A DNA stretch of 64,000 bases from Candidatus Latescibacterota bacterium (GTDB lineage: Bacteria; Latescibacterota; CBDEFO01). Where the stretch lies: NCBI GenBank assembly GCA_965237525.1, contig CBDEFO010000006.1, positions 224,001-288,000 of the forward strand, read 5' to 3'. Of this stretch, positions 19,529 through 31,730 are shown in pieces; position 1 is the first letter of the stretch, and each line of letters begins with the position of its first letter. The notes beneath the pieces are model-generated. The model was not told the origin of the DNA. It ran no database searches and worked only from the letters and a program-made list of their open reading frames with translations. The position numbers and the translations under genes were made by a program.

Positions 19529-20629
19529 TTACCGAAGCGGTGGCCAATCGTCAGGAACCTCCCAACGCAAACAGTGCCCTACAATGTCGGAGTCGGGGCT
19601 TTGATTCTCCTTGAATACTCTGGCGTAGTAGCCGGTAATGATACTACCGTCCGGAAGAACCAGGCTTCGCGGATGGCCACAATAATCGTCCCAGCTGAAC
19701 CAGGTCAGGATAATCGGATGTTTGGTATCCCACGTCTTGCCGCCATCTCGACTGGCAATAGCCTGGGCCCCGAAAGGAAACTGCCGATTGCCATAGATTA
19801 TTAGGAGCCTGCCGTCTTTGAGATATAGCGGGAAGCCAGGGATCTGGGCCTTGCCCAGGCCGATCCGGCGCGGCCGGCTCCAGCTGCGCCCGCCATCGCT
19901 GGACTTGGTCACTTCCACGATAGCCCCGCCTTCTCCCGCCCCGGCAGTTGCGACCCTCAGGCAGGCAAAGAGTTTGTCGCCAGGCAGCACGGCAATGTTG
20001 ACCTCACTGGCGTCGGCGATGTAGGAGGCGTCACCCCAGGTCTGGCCCCCGTCTTTCGAGCGAAGCAGATACGCTTTCGATTTGCCCGGGGCCAGCGAGA
20101 TTAAGCCACTGCAGATGACCGTGCCGTCCGAGAGCTGGTGAGGTCCGTCGCTCTCACCCCAGCCAATGTTGTAGGTCTTGCCTGCCACCGTAACGGACCC
20201 GTTGACCTGACACTGCTGCCAGGTTTGCCCCTCATCGGTAGAGCGGTAGATCGTCCCGCTCCCCAGGAGCAAGGTCCCATCCGCCAGCGCTGCACACATT
20301 GGAGCTCTCCCAGAAAGCCTCCTCCCTCCCGGCACCACCACCTCACGAGGCGGCCCCCAGCTGAAACCATCATCCTTAGATCGGCACAGGGCTATGTTGC
20401 CATTGAAAATCTGCGTGGCCAGCAGGTCACCGCTGGGAAGGCGGGCCATGCAGGGCTTGTGCCCGCCACGGGGGCTTATTTGGGACCGGACCGCCGCTTG
20501 CTTTTGGACGAAGTAGATCTCCTGAAGATTCACCGAGTTAAAACCGGTGTACTTGCCGCTTCCCCCGGTGGCCGTGTACTCGGGCACTTCAAGGTGTCCG
20601 GTCTTCTCCTCGCTAGAGCTTGTAGGCAT
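19529..20629 (-). CDS. BNR/sialidase-family protein
   Basis: Asp-boxes SKDDGFSW, STDEGQTW, SKDGGQTW, SSDGGRSW, SRDGGKTW. Confidence 0.85.
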   Translation of the reverse strand: MPTSSSEEKTGHLEVPEYTATGGSGKYTGFNSVNLQEIYFVQKQAAVRSQISPRGGHKPCMARLPSGDLLATQIFNGNIALCRSKDDGFSWGPPREVVVPGGRRLSGRAPMCAALADGTLLLGSGTIYRSTDEGQTWQQCQVNGSVTVAGKTYNIGWGESDGPHQLSDGTVICSGLISLAPGKSKAYLLRSKDGGQTWGDASYIADASEVNIAVLPGDKLFACLRVATAGAGEGGAIVEVTKSSDGGRSWSRPRRIGLGKAQIPGFPLYLKDGRLLIIYGNRQFPFGAQAIASRDGGKTWDTKHPIILTWFSWDDYCGHPRSLVLPDGSIITGYYARVFKENQSPDSDIVGHCLRWEVPDDWPPLR

Positions 20630-20932
20630 TTTGATTTCTCCTGGGTTAACGTTTCTTCATCGACAATTACAGGATCATTGTTCTCAAAAACAGCGTGCGC
20701 GCTCAGCCGTACGTAGTGCACCTTTCGAGGCGTCAGCGGAAGTTGAAACAAACCTCTGCGTGGCCGCGTTATCCAGAAACAGCTGCGTGAAGTTTCCAAT
20801 CCCAAGTACGACGCTGTCCAGGTAGCTCATGTGTCGTCCCTCCCGAGGTTCTCTCCTCGGACTCGTGAATCCCCACGAGCCCCAGTGTGGCCGCCGACTC
20901 GGCGAGAATCAGCGGCTATCCTGCTGTATTCG

Positions 20933-21805
20933 TCAATGTCCGCGCGGATCGAAATCCCAACCGTGTTCACTCAGCACGCGCAAGCCTTCCCGGTATTCGT
21001 TTCTTATCTGTTCCAGATCGGCGGCGCGGTATTCGAAGTCGAGCGTGACGTTCCCGTTGTAGCCGGCTCGTTGGAGCGCTTCTCGAAAATGCGTGAAGTC
21101 AACGACGCCCTGGCCTGGCGTCATCTCGAGCTGTTGTTTGCCATCCTTGGTATCCGGGCCGGCGCTGTCACGCAGGTGCACGTGACGCAGATGAGGGCCC
21201 AGCATTTGGAAAAACGCATCCAGGTCGTAGCCGATGATGCCCCAATGGCTGGAATCCACAGTCGCGCCCACCGCCGGGTGATCGATCCGGTCGAAGATTT
21301 CCGCCACGTGCTCGACCGTGTCAGCTATGTGAAAGAGGTGCGGCACCTCCAGATGCAAGCTGATGTCGAACTGCTGCGCAATGTCGGCGATAGCGCGGTA
21401 TGTCTCGCACGCCGGGTGCATTTGTCGTGCCCACTTATCGCCAAATGCGCGGCGTGCCGTGGGCCACGTGACGACCGGCACGTCCAGTTCACGCGCTGTC
21501 TCGAGATACCATCGACCCTGCGCGATGCACTCGTCACGATCGCTCTTCTGCGTATAGTCGAACCATATCGCCTTGCCGCTGCGCAGCCAGCAGGGCGCCA
21601 GGTTCATGGAAAGCACCTGCATGTCATATCTCGCAGTAACGTCCGCGACTTCGCGCACGCTCGTCTGCCGGTAGACCAGATGTGTGCAAAACTCCCCCAT
21701 CTGGCTCAGTTCGATGCGCGAAAAGCCCAACCCGGCCAGGCAGCTCACCGCCGTTTCGAAGTCGAAGGCCGAATACCCGAGCGTCGCGGCGCCGTCGATG
21801 TTCAT
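20933..21805 (-). CDS. Sugar phosphate isomerase/epimerase (xylose isomerase-like TIM barrel)
   Basis: LEVPH, DSSH, HVHLRD, PGQGVVDF, LDFE motifs. Confidence 0.85.
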   Translation of the reverse strand: MNIDGAATLGYSAFDFETAVSCLAGLGFSRIELSQMGEFCTHLVYRQTSVREVADVTARYDMQVLSMNLAPCWLRSGKAIWFDYTQKSDRDECIAQGRWYLETARELDVPVVTWPTARRAFGDKWARQMHPACETYRAIADIAQQFDISLHLEVPHLFHIADTVEHVAEIFDRIDHPAVGATVDSSHWGIIGYDLDAFFQMLGPHLRHVHLRDSAGPDTKDGKQQLEMTPGQGVVDFTHFREALQRAGYNGNVTLDFEYRAADLEQIRNEYREGLRVLSEHGWDFDPRGH

Positions 21806-21908
21806 AGAGACTTCCCTTCAATCAGTCCAAAATTCCGGACTCAGGACAGTCCGGCTGCGAAAATACACGCACGGTACGCTAGGTTTCATCGCCAAAACTA
21901 TAAGCCCC

Positions 21909-22725
21909 TCAACCTCCGTTGGAACCGATGAAGCCCCAATGCCTAAGACAGTCTATCCAGCGCTGGCGACTCGGGCTGCGGTCGGGGTTGGATAGCCAGT
22001 GGCGGTGGCGCTTGAGCAACGGAAACACCTTGAGCAGCCGGGCCTGTTGCTCGACCATCTCCTGCATCGACTCCTCTTCTTCCGGCGTTGCAGGAACGGC
22101 AAAATAACCCAGGCTGCACATCCTCCGGTCGCCGCCGCCTCCCCAGCTGGCGTGCCAGATCCGATTGTCGAAGGCGATCACGTCTCCAGGCTGCGACCTC
22201 CCAACGTACGCAGGCATCGCGTCGACCTCAACGCCTCCCTCCTCGATGATCCCCTCGTTGGACTCTTTCAGGCTGACCTTCTTGATGTCTGAGTGGAGGG
22301 GATCTTTGTGAGAGCCGGGTATGAACCGGAGCGCGCCTGTCTTCTCGTCCAGCGGCTGTAGGTAGAAGGCGAACTTCACGCCGCGCCTGACGAGGTTTAA
22401 GCTATCGGGATGCCACTGCGTACGGTCACTGTCGAAGGAGTTGGAGTTGGCGTAATAGCCGATCACGTCCCGTCCGTAGAGCTGCTGGGTGGCCTCCAGG
22501 AACCGGGGATCCTCCAGTAGCGAGGCTAGGACCGGAGTATCTGGACCCAGGTTCGACCAGTTGAGCTGCTTGGGAACGCCGTGCCGGCCCATAGCCTCTC
22601 TGGCCCTGACGAGGCCGATATCGAACTCGGATTCTATGATCCTGAGCTCGTCACAGGTAAGGACCCCCGCGCAGAACGACAAAGCCGAAGACCTCAAACT
22701 GAACAAGCTGGTTTTCAGTAAGCAT
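21909..22725 (-). pseudogene. PhyH family dioxygenase, copy 2, +1 frameshift in a G5 run near codon 20
   Basis: Near-identical to copy 1; 817 nt versus 816 nt; CCCCC at 22664-22668 versus CCCC in copy 1. Confidence 0.8.
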
Positions 22726-22941
22726 AGGCTCCTCCGTCTGTTGGATTATCCACCCCGCTGCACTGAATTTTTGGTGTGCCATAAAGAACAAGAGGTCACG
22801 GAAACTCCCATTTGCCCCTTTCGTTTTTGCTGCTCTCTTGTTCGTCACTATAAGTCTTCTCCACCCGCTTTGACTGAATAGAAGCGGATGGCTTTTAGAT
22901 CTCTATTACGAGTGTCGTCCCTATCCAGTCCCCGGGTGAAT

Positions 22942-23961
22942 CTATTGGGGATCAGCCGCAGGCGGTTGATCATCATTGAAGTTCTTCGTCTCAAATGATA
23001 TCGGTCGGCGGGCTGAGCGATCCACCGTCAATTTGAAAATGTCGAATCGATTGTAGCCGCCGACCACATCGTGGAACTGCTTTGGCTCAACACAGTCGGA
23101 CAGGTCTATATCTGCGTAAAGAATGCCTTCTGTGTCTTCAATTATATCGCTAATGGGAAGGCCATCAGGACCCATTACCACCGAGATGCCTCGCGGGCTT
23201 TCATCGAGTATGCGTCCAGCATTCGGGTCCAGCGCTATGAGTTCCTCCTGTGCAGTCTTATCCAAGTAGCCGGCAGCCACGACATTGAACACCTTCCCCT
23301 CAAATGAATGGGCTGCCGCGCGAAGTTGTATGGCCTGTTTGAGATCGTAGTTCCCGCCTGTTGATGGATCGTGTGTGGGCCATACCGATGGGTAGGTTGA
23401 CAGATGCAATTGCTCACCTTGAGCCAGAAGCGTGTAACGGGCAAGGGGATTTGTGTTTTCGCCACAGATCAGCATACCCAATCTGCCGAGGCGCGTTTCG
23501 ACCACTTGCAAACCGCCACCATCGCCCGGTGCCCATATGAGTTTTTCGTAGAAGGTCGGTACGATCTTGCGGTGATGGCAGAGCACATGGCCGTCGTCTC
23601 CGATCAACACGTTGGCATTTCATATACATCCAACGCTGATGCTGGTGCCCTCGTTAAATCCTAAGGAAACGAACATACCGCACTCACGGGCTGTATTGGA
23701 AATTTCTGCCAGCTCCGGCCCAGGAATCCTGATAGTGTTTGCGGCCAACCGACGGAACAGGTCGTGATTATATATCGGCGATCGCAGCGCACGCCATACC
23801 GGAAAGGCGGGAAGATATGCCTCGGGAAAGACAATCAGCTCAGCACCTTGCCGAGCAGCTTCTTTGATCAAGGAACACGTTTTGTCAACCGTGCCTTTCA
23901 GATTGAGAAAGACTGGCGCCACATGGGCTGCGGCTACTTTATAAGCAGGATAGCTAGACAT
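22942..23961 (-). pseudogene. Carbon-nitrogen hydrolase/nitrilase with in-frame TGA at 23620-23622
   Basis: FPE, HRK and ICGEN catalytic motifs are split across two ORFs in the same frame; reads VGCI*NANVLIG. Confidence 0.8.
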
Positions 23962-24282
23962 GAAGATATCTCTCTAAGAAATCAGTTGTCGGGAAGCCCC
24001 AAAGCTCAGGTGGTCCGAAGCAGCCGTTAGTTCCTCCGATCAAGTAGCGGGCAAAATAATCCCGACAAGATATGGTGATCCAAGATAGTAGACAGCACCC
24101 AGCGGGTGAGGTGCCCTGTCTACTGTCTATTTGTTCCTTCTGTAATCGGTATGGATGAAGACCCACAGCAAGCTCAAGTGAAGGAAGGTGGTGCCTCTCT
24201 CCACTCCAGGGCGAAGCCACTTTCTTGGCTTGTTGCCACTTCTGCCCCCCTACTGCCGAGTGAGTTCGGCCCTGCCTACTTC

Positions 24283-24310
24283 TGTAGGGGCAGACCCGTG
24301 TGTCTGCCCT
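24283..24310. repeat. GTAG-type REP-like palindrome
   Basis: TGTAGGGGCAGACCCGTGTGTCTGCCCT; relatives at 42377-42403, 46701-46754 and 47722-47768. Confidence 0.7.
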
Positions 24311-24344
24311 CGCCTTTCCCTGACTGCATTCTACTCGCTTAGCC

Positions 24345-25521
24345 TTAGCTGGCCATCTCTTCCAGAAGCGTAAAACACTGTAATAGGGCTCGCGGCAGAT
24401 GAAAGGCTCCTTTCCACATTGAGCCTTTGAGAGAGAGCGATAACGAGCCGTCCCGATGCAAGTATCCAAACCACTCCCCGTACTCCGGATCGGGAAAATG
24501 GCCAAAGCTCCATTCGTGTACCTTCTCGTACCAGTCATCATACTTCGCCTCACCCGTCAGGTGGTGAGCCAACAGCAGGGCATAGAGCGCCTCGGTATGC
24601 GGCCACCAGAGCTTCATGTCCCACTCAAGCTGCTCCGGCGGCTTGCCCTCCACATCAACAAAATATAGAATGCCCCCGTATTTCTTGTCCCAGTCCCATT
24701 CTAAGGACCAATCCAGTATATCTAACGCACTGCGGATGAGACTCAAATCGTTGCGGTGCCGAGCTTCGTGCATAATAAACCATGCCGTCTCTATGGCATG
24801 GCCTAGGTTGAGGCAGCGTCCTTCACTTGAATCGAGTCGCTCGCCATTTGGACCCACCGTTTCAAAGAGAGCACGCTCATCGGGTTTCAAAAAATGGTTC
24901 AAGATTTGGCCAAGAGAATCGTCAATGACTTCGGTGTACAACGGATCGGAGTCCACCTGCCTGAGTTCCTGAGTCGTGGCCAACAGAATCATCGGCATGG
25001 CTTGCGACTTCGTCGCGCAGGTTTGGGGCAAGATTTTTGGAGGAAGAGCGCCGGGGGGTTCGATAGAGATCGGTGATCAGTCCATAGAGGTCCTTGGCGC
25101 GCTGGAGGGCACTCTCGTCCCCGGTCGCCTTCGCGTATTCGGCACAGGCAATTACGCCGAAGGTTTCGGTAAAAAGATAGCGACGCTTGCGGAGCGGCCG
25201 ACCGTCGCAGGTAACTGTAAAGAACATGCGGCCATCGGTGTCAAAACCGTATTTGGCAACGAAATCAAACCCGCACTTGGCAGCGTCAAGCCATGCATCG
25301 CGCGGCTCAAGCGTATTGTAAAGCTTAGAAAAGAGCCATATGGCCCTGCACTGAAGCCACATCGCTTTGTCCGTGTTGAAAACTGAGCCATCGCGGTCCA
25401 GGCAGTTTAGGTAACCACCATGTTCATGGTCTAGCGAATGCCTCAGCCAGAATGGAATGACGTCATCAAGCAGGCAGTTCTGATAATGTTTGCGCAACTC
25501 GTTGATTCTCTGCGCCTTCAT
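24345..25521 (-). pseudogene. N-acylglucosamine 2-epimerase (AGE family), frameshifted in a C6 run near 25053-25058
   Basis: PFWLRHSLDHEHGGY, GHAIETAWF, KLWWPHTE, KGAFHLPR; removing one base restores TPGALPPK. Confidence 0.85.
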
Positions 25522-25612
25522 CTTTTCACCCTCGCACAATATGCGGATACTTCGGCCAACGTTTTGCCTCTACACTCTTAGCGGACAGCCGAAGCATCCC
25601 CATCCGTTGGAG

Positions 25613-26170
25613 TTAGAGTTGCATCTCTCTGCGCATCCACAAGGCCGCGCGTTCCATCGAGATTTCAGGACTATATTCAGGCTCATATCCTAATTTCGCT
25701 CGAATCTTTGACACATCAGGTGCCATGTCCTCCCGATACTGATAATTGGCTCCTGCACCCGTTAGGACCTGCGTCAGGAACTCCTCCTGTGTCACCGATT
25801 CAATCGGGATACTTGTCTGGTAGATTGCGCCGTAGATCTCAGCAAATCTTTTTGCCGTCAGCGCATAGGCTGACCCCACATTAAAAATCTCGTCCGCTGA
25901 TGCATCTGGGTTACAAACAGCAAGGTAAAAGCCCTGAGCTACATCAGAAGCATCGCATGGCCCGATCAAGGTATTACACCCTTCAGGCAGATAAGCCGGC
26001 TCTCCCCGCATATATGCTCTGTGCAGAGCGATATCGCGTCTTCGTCGGTCTTCCAGAGGAACTTTTCCGGGTCCACAGATATTTGGCGACAGTATTGCCG
26101 TAAAAGCAATGCCATCACGCCTTGCAAAATCTCTGGTTGAAAGCATCTCTTGGTATCTCCGGGCATATCC
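25613..26170 (-). pseudogene. C-terminal part of an NAD-dependent epimerase/dehydratase
   Basis: PNICGPG, DASDVAQGF, EIFNVGS, KLGYEP; Rossmann N-terminus missing. Confidence 0.65.
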
Positions 26171-26708
26171 CTTAAACTCACACGGTCCCTGCGTAACTTC
26201 GGGGTCGGAACGATTGTTGGTGGCCCTAACATCCAAAGTGAACCACAGGGGATCAAAGGAGTCTCGGGGCCACCGGATCCGTGACGTATTCACCGTCGGG
26301 ATGCTCCTGACGGATGCTCAGGATCAATCCGTCGCTGTCCATGTTCTCAGGGTAAATCGTATTTACCTCGCGGTCGGCAAAGTCCGTCCTGCTGCGCATA
26401 CGGGCCGAGGTTACCACATAGAACTCGGGGCCGTGGGGGTATAGCCGCGGGACGATTAAGAAGGCAGCCCGGGTGAGCAATCCGTCACGATCGTGGTCGT
26501 CCAGGAGCTTTTGCCGTGTAGAGCGGCGCGTGGGCAGAGGCAGGTCTTGTGCGTGGCTACCGCCGTGTATCACATATTCGGGACGCTCCTCTGCGCTGGC
26601 TGTTCTGAAGTCGGTCAGGGTCAGCAGGTGGATCTCCTCGTGCCTGTAAAAGTGGTCGAATTGGACAACCGGTGAAGATGCTCTTGACATTGGGTTGTGT
26701 CTGCTCAT
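26170..26708 (-). pseudogene. Degraded M14 zinc carboxypeptidase-like fragment
   Basis: IHLLTLTD...YVIHGGSHA.., IVPRLYPHGPE, DxDGDGxI-like segment; internal deletions. Confidence 0.5.
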
Positions 26709-26982
26709 GTTGGTCTGCGATTACTCAGGCCAAACCTCACAAGATAGCGACATGGGCGAAACAGACGAATTCATTATCAGCTACCGTAATAATTAATCCT
26801 TCATGTGAGAGGGCTTGACAAGAGCTGACTACCAGAAGCTGCCTGAAGTGCGAATAAGTTTACAGTGGCCGCAAGTGATGATCGTCAGTAAAGTTGTGTA
26901 GAGCAATAGGAGGTCGCCTGTCACTAGCCGTTCAGCTCCCATTAACACTCCAGACCCTCTTATTCAGGATAGCCGTAAGCAG

Positions 26983-27900
26983 CTACCGCAGCCAGCCTGG
27001 AAAGCGTTCTTTCACACTCTGGATAACGGCCTCGTAGACCTCCTTATCAAAGCACTTGTACGGGGAGAGCAGGCGCAGCGGCATGTCGATGCCACTGGCG
27101 CGCACGACCATCTTGTCGTATGCCCCATCGATGGCCTCATGTCCCCGAGTCGGTTCGTCGAAGGCCAGCATCACCTGTATGTACTCGGCCATCAGGGGAA
27201 ACAACCTCTCCCACTGTTTGTTCACGCCGTACTGGAAGAACTCTTTGGTCTTGGCAGGGAATAGAGCGCCGTACGAACTGAGCAGGGAGCACTCTCCGTA
27301 GAGACAGCCAATTGGAAAGCCTACTTCCCCATAAAAGTGCTGCAGTTCCGGTGCCTGGGTAGCGATACCAGCGATATCGCCGATGTCCGAACGGCAGTTC
27401 TTGGTGCCGGCCAGGTTAGGCACGGCGTCTGCCAGACGCCGGTAGTCCGTCCCCAGGAGCAGGCGCCGGGCTCGCGGCAAATTGTAGTGGATGAAACGGG
27501 CATCAGAGAAGGCACCACATATGTCCTGAAAATAGATCAGGCACTCGTCGTCGTCGAGTTCACCCCAGGGAGGCAGAGCGATCTGAAAGGTGCGGAAGCC
27601 CTGAGCGTAGGCGAAGCCAACGCGCTCCATCACCTGCACGGTGGACATGCCGATCACCCCGACCATGGGAAAGACGTCCTCTCTGTGCGTCTCTTCGCGA
27701 AATATACTTACGATCTGCTGGAACTGAGTCAGGGTGATAGCGTAGCCTTCGCCGGCCGTGCCAAAGATGTACAGATGGTTGAAACCCCGTGCCAGCGTGG
27801 CCCTCACTTCCTGGCGGAAGATCTCTTCCAGCAGCTCCTCCCTTTCGCTCCAGGGAATTTCGCAGCTTACCAGAATAGCCTGTGGATAACGCATTGCCAT
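26983..27900 (-). CDS. Dihydrodipicolinate synthase / N-acetylneuraminate lyase family protein
   Basis: IFGTAGEG, HYNLPR, GTKN (Schiff-base Lys). Confidence 0.85.
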   Translation of the reverse strand: MAMRYPQAILVSCEIPWSEREELLEEIFRQEVRATLARGFNHLYIFGTAGEGYAITLTQFQQIVSIFREETHREDVFPMVGVIGMSTVQVMERVGFAYAQGFRTFQIALPPWGELDDDECLIYFQDICGAFSDARFIHYNLPRARRLLLGTDYRRLADAVPNLAGTKNCRSDIGDIAGIATQAPELQHFYGEVGFPIGCLYGECSLLSSYGALFPAKTKEFFQYGVNKQWERLFPLMAEYIQVMLAFDEPTRGHEAIDGAYDKMVVRASGIDMPLRLLSPYKCFDKEVYEAVIQSVKERFPGWLR

Positions 27901-28591
27901 CGTGTCCTCCGGGGATTCATTGCATTTTCATGCGTTGACAAGGGATGCTAGAAACAGTGTGAATTTCTCACTGTGACACAATCCAAGGGTTCCAGTTTCT
28001 TTTTACAAACGGCAATAATTAAAATTTGGCAGCTTGTGCTACCAACACCGAAAAACAACTGGTAATGATTTCAGCACATTTTCTCCTTCAGGTCAGAACG
28101 AGTTTCTCGAAATTCTCTATTTCTTGATCTTTTCGAAATCTGGGCACATTCCAGCTTACACCTTGCTTTTTCACTTTGAATCAAACCGCTTCTTCATTAC
28201 TAATTTTATAGTGCATGTGTCCCTGTCACATTGCAAGGATATGCAGTACATTCGTGAATTTCAGTATGTGTCCTTGAATCTTCTGGATTCCTCTCCAGAC
28301 TCTTTTGACATGATACTTGGATGCTTAGATTTCATTGGCTTGAAAATGTAGAGGGTTCACTAGTAGTGGGACTACATTAAGGGGCATTATCGGCAGTGAG
28401 GCACATAACGACTAAGCTCACCTGCCTGCGAAGCGTAGCGAATACAACACCAGGGTCGGGACTTCCACTTGTTTGTGTCAAGAGGCGAGGAACAAAAGAG
28501 GGGAACAAGTTAATGTCGTTGCTCTTCCGAATAACAGAATTTCTGATCACCTCGAAGGTGGAACTTTCACTTGATTTCGGTAATAATCTAA

Positions 28592-30802
28592 CTAATAGAC
28601 AACAGATACAGTCCCGGTCTTAGTCTCCTCCTCTTCCTGAGCCTCTACCGATATGCGATAGACATATATCCCCGGCGGAACAAGATTATCCTTGTTGTCT
28701 CTCCCATCCCAATGCCGGCTAAATTGTCCTACGGAGTCGTTCCCAGAATAGACTGTCTTTATAAAGACACCGGAAAGATCGTATATATCGATTGAGACAG
28801 GAACAGAGGCAGTCAGCCTCAAAATGGTATAAGATATGTTCAGTACATCATTGACACCGTCGCCATTGGGTGTAAAGGGATTTGGAGAGACCTCTGCTGA
28901 GGACAATATCGATTCGGCCAAAGACGTTATCACCGTAAGGACATCGCTTTCGATCTCATCGGCCACGTTGCCAGGCTTGATCCTCTGACGAACTTCGTGA
29001 GGGTTTGCGCTGTCGAACACCCTGCCGTCAAAAAATGTCCCGCGCTCCCTCAAAACAGGAGCTTGGAAGACCACTTCAACTGTGACTCCGCTGTCTCGTG
29101 TATCCAACTTCCTGGGCAATGTGACCTCAAAGCCTGAGCCGTCCTCCTTTATCGTCGTGTTGAAGGCGTCCTGATTGATTTCATCTACTCGAAGCGAATC
29201 CACCGAACTAACCCCATAAGGTGTGGTGATCTCCAGGCTGTCGAATCCTTTATCCACAGCTGCCATCGTTGCAGTGACAAAATAGGTGAACTTATGTGAT
29301 ACCTTGCCTATCTCGACTTCTGCAGGGAAGATCTCACCAACTATCTCTCGAGCCGCAGGAGGCACAGAGGCCTTAAACTGTAAATACTCGATCCGGCTGC
29401 CATCGCTACCTTCGGAGGTAAAATCCACGCCGATCTGAAAGAATTTGCGGGGACCAGGAGAGGCGATAGCTTCTCCCGGACTTTCAAACTTGTAAGGAGC
29501 AGACCAGAAGCTCCAGTTTTCCGTATCGTAAGTCACTGGTCCCTTAATACTACCAGGGAGTAAGTCGTACTCACTTTTGTACTCCTCTGAGCTGAGGTCT
29601 TTTCCCCCCTTTTCGGGAGGCAAAACTACGGGCGTTTGCTGCTCAGGATTGATTCTCCAGTAGACGTCCGGATGACGATCTGTCCCGCTCCTGGTTCGGA
29701 TCTTAGCCTCCGCCTTGGGATCACTACTGCCAGACCAGGTGACCTCGCCGAAACTGGCGATGTCGTCCAACTCAATTATGTCAGCTATATAAGAGGCTTC
29801 ATCTACAAAGCCCTGTCCCAAGACCTCAAACTCGGCGATCTCTATCGTCTTCAAATTTGGGGTATAGATCAACAACGCGACATAAGAGGTTTTCTCCGGC
29901 GGATCAAGCGGTATTATAACTTCAGGAAATATATTTACAACGCGCTCGTGACGTGCAGTGGGGCCAGATACACGTTCAGTTTGACCACGAGTGCCTGGGT
30001 GTTTGTACTTGGCAAACTGTCGGAAGCTCGGGATGTAACCTGTCCCTCGACACAAGTGGGACTCGAGGAAATCCTCCGGGCGGCCAAGGCTGGTGCCCAA
30101 TTCGTAGTCCTCTATGAAGTGAGTTTCATATTCCTTACCCTCAGGGGATATTCCACCACGAGTGTAGAATCTTACTTTATTGACGACAAATAGTCCGCCT
30201 AAGTTAATAACTATCCGGTGTTGCGCCTGATGACATCTTGCGCCCGTTCTTTGTGGTTCTAGCTCGCCACTTGTCACCCCCGCGCGCAGCGGCCAAGGCC
30301 ACACAAAAGCCGTGGTCGGATCACCATCTATCATGTTATTCGCAATGTTTCCTTCGATTCCATATGCCTCATTGTTGCCTAGACTCTCAATTCCTTGGGT
30401 ACCGTTGGCTATCCATCCTCCTCTGTCCAGAGCCGTTGCGGCTATGCTCTCACCCTCCCTGATAAACTTCGGTTGAATTGAACCGGCATCCGCTACTTTC
30501 AGAGAGTCCTCATCGAGGTTCTCCCTGATCTCAGATGCATCTTTGTTCAGCCAGCTGATCTCCTTCATCTCAATCCCTATCCCCTGGAGACTGTCCCTTT
30601 CTGCAGGCGAAAACGGCCTTCCGATTCTATAGATAATCGCAGAAGAGGCATCATCTAAAAAGATGGCGGTGACCATCAAAGCAAGCAGAATCAACCCTGC
30701 CAGCTTACATAAAATACTACCCATTCTTGCACACCAAGACATTTTTATCACCCCACTTGAGATTAATCGGTCTGACTTCCCGTGATTAAGGGAGTTTGAC
30801 AT
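28592..30802 (-). CDS. Large secreted protein with C-terminal FlgD-Ig / CHU_C-like domain, paralog 1
   Basis: Signal region, MIDGDPTT discoidin-like segment, SPNPFTPNGDGVND...IYDLSG...WDGRD...VPPGIY tail. Confidence 0.8.
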   Translation of the reverse strand: MSNSLNHGKSDRLISSGVIKMSWCARMGSILCKLAGLILLALMVTAIFLDDASSAIIYRIGRPFSPAERDSLQGIGIEMKEISWLNKDASEIRENLDEDSLKVADAGSIQPKFIREGESIAATALDRGGWIANGTQGIESLGNNEAYGIEGNIANNMIDGDPTTAFVWPWPLRAGVTSGELEPQRTGARCHQAQHRIVINLGGLFVVNKVRFYTRGGISPEGKEYETHFIEDYELGTSLGRPEDFLESHLCRGTGYIPSFRQFAKYKHPGTRGQTERVSGPTARHERVVNIFPEVIIPLDPPEKTSYVALLIYTPNLKTIEIAEFEVLGQGFVDEASYIADIIELDDIASFGEVTWSGSSDPKAEAKIRTRSGTDRHPDVYWRINPEQQTPVVLPPEKGGKDLSSEEYKSEYDLLPGSIKGPVTYDTENWSFWSAPYKFESPGEAIASPGPRKFFQIGVDFTSEGSDGSRIEYLQFKASVPPAAREIVGEIFPAEVEIGKVSHKFTYFVTATMAAVDKGFDSLEITTPYGVSSVDSLRVDEINQDAFNTTIKEDGSGFEVTLPRKLDTRDSGVTVEVVFQAPVLRERGTFFDGRVFDSANPHEVRQRIKPGNVADEIESDVLTVITSLAESILSSAEVSPNPFTPNGDGVNDVLNISYTILRLTASVPVSIDIYDLSGVFIKTVYSGNDSVGQFSRHWDGRDNKDNLVPPGIYVYRISVEAQEEEETKTGTVSVVY

Positions 30803-31141
30803 CAGAGTTCCCTCCCTTCAGGTAAAAGCCCAGTATCGCGTCAAAATAGTATGCACAAGTTTACAGGGATCCTACATAGCAGCCAGCACACGGGGAGAGG
30901 CAACCTAAGTCAGATTGCTTCGCCCACGTGGCTACCTCGCGGTTTGCTGGCACTTCGTCCCCCAGCAAAAAGGGGCCGCAGCGGTGCACCCCTGCCCGCC
31001 ACAAAGCGCATCACGCAAGGCGCTTCAACCTTCGCTTTCAACCCGGATTTTTCATTTCATGATCGAATGGATTGCCGCCTGTTGTCTGTACTATCGCATC
31101 TCTCCATAGCCTCTCTGGCTAGAAGAACATTAGACGGAACG

Positions 31142-31730
31142 TTATGCCTTTATCTCTCGTAATGGCGCGCTTTCCTGGTGCAGATGCTGCAGGGTTTCCT
31201 TCACAGATTGAACGATTCCTGTCTCGTGATACGGGATGCAATGTTCTTTACAGAACGCTTTGGCAATTTCCTGCGTTTCCTTGAGATTATTGCGCGGCAT
31301 GTTGGGGAACAAGTGATGCTCAATCTGATAGTTGAGACACCCATACCAGAAATAATGCAAGATCTATCTCATTAACATCTGACTACAAACTTTCCCAGAG
31401 ACTCCGTAAACGCACAGAACATATCTTTGCTGAAGCCAAGCAACAGCACGGTATGGGACGAGGCCGTTACACAGGACTAGCCTCACTGAATGAACAGTTA
31501 AATCTTGTTGCAGCCCCCGATTGATTCTATCGGGGTTACAGAATCTCAAGAGGCTCGTATCCTTCATAAGCAGGACAAAAGCGTCTATATGTGCCCTGTC
31601 TGTCAAAGACAGTGCATCCTGTTCTTCAAACAGGTCCTATTCCTTGCTGACGAGAACTCTGATGAGACTGTTTTGCTTATTCCATAGCAAAACGATATGA
31701 TATGCTACTGTTTGACCCATAATTGGCGTT
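31142..31730 (-). pseudogene. Fatty acid desaturase remnants
   Basis: LNYQIEHHLFPNMPR third His box; upstream part fragmented. Confidence 0.65.

Noticed and set aside
23620..23622. Genome-wide TGA recoding (code 4/25) or Sec in the nitrilase
   Set aside because: Many intact genes here end in TGA, and the position is not a catalytic Cys.
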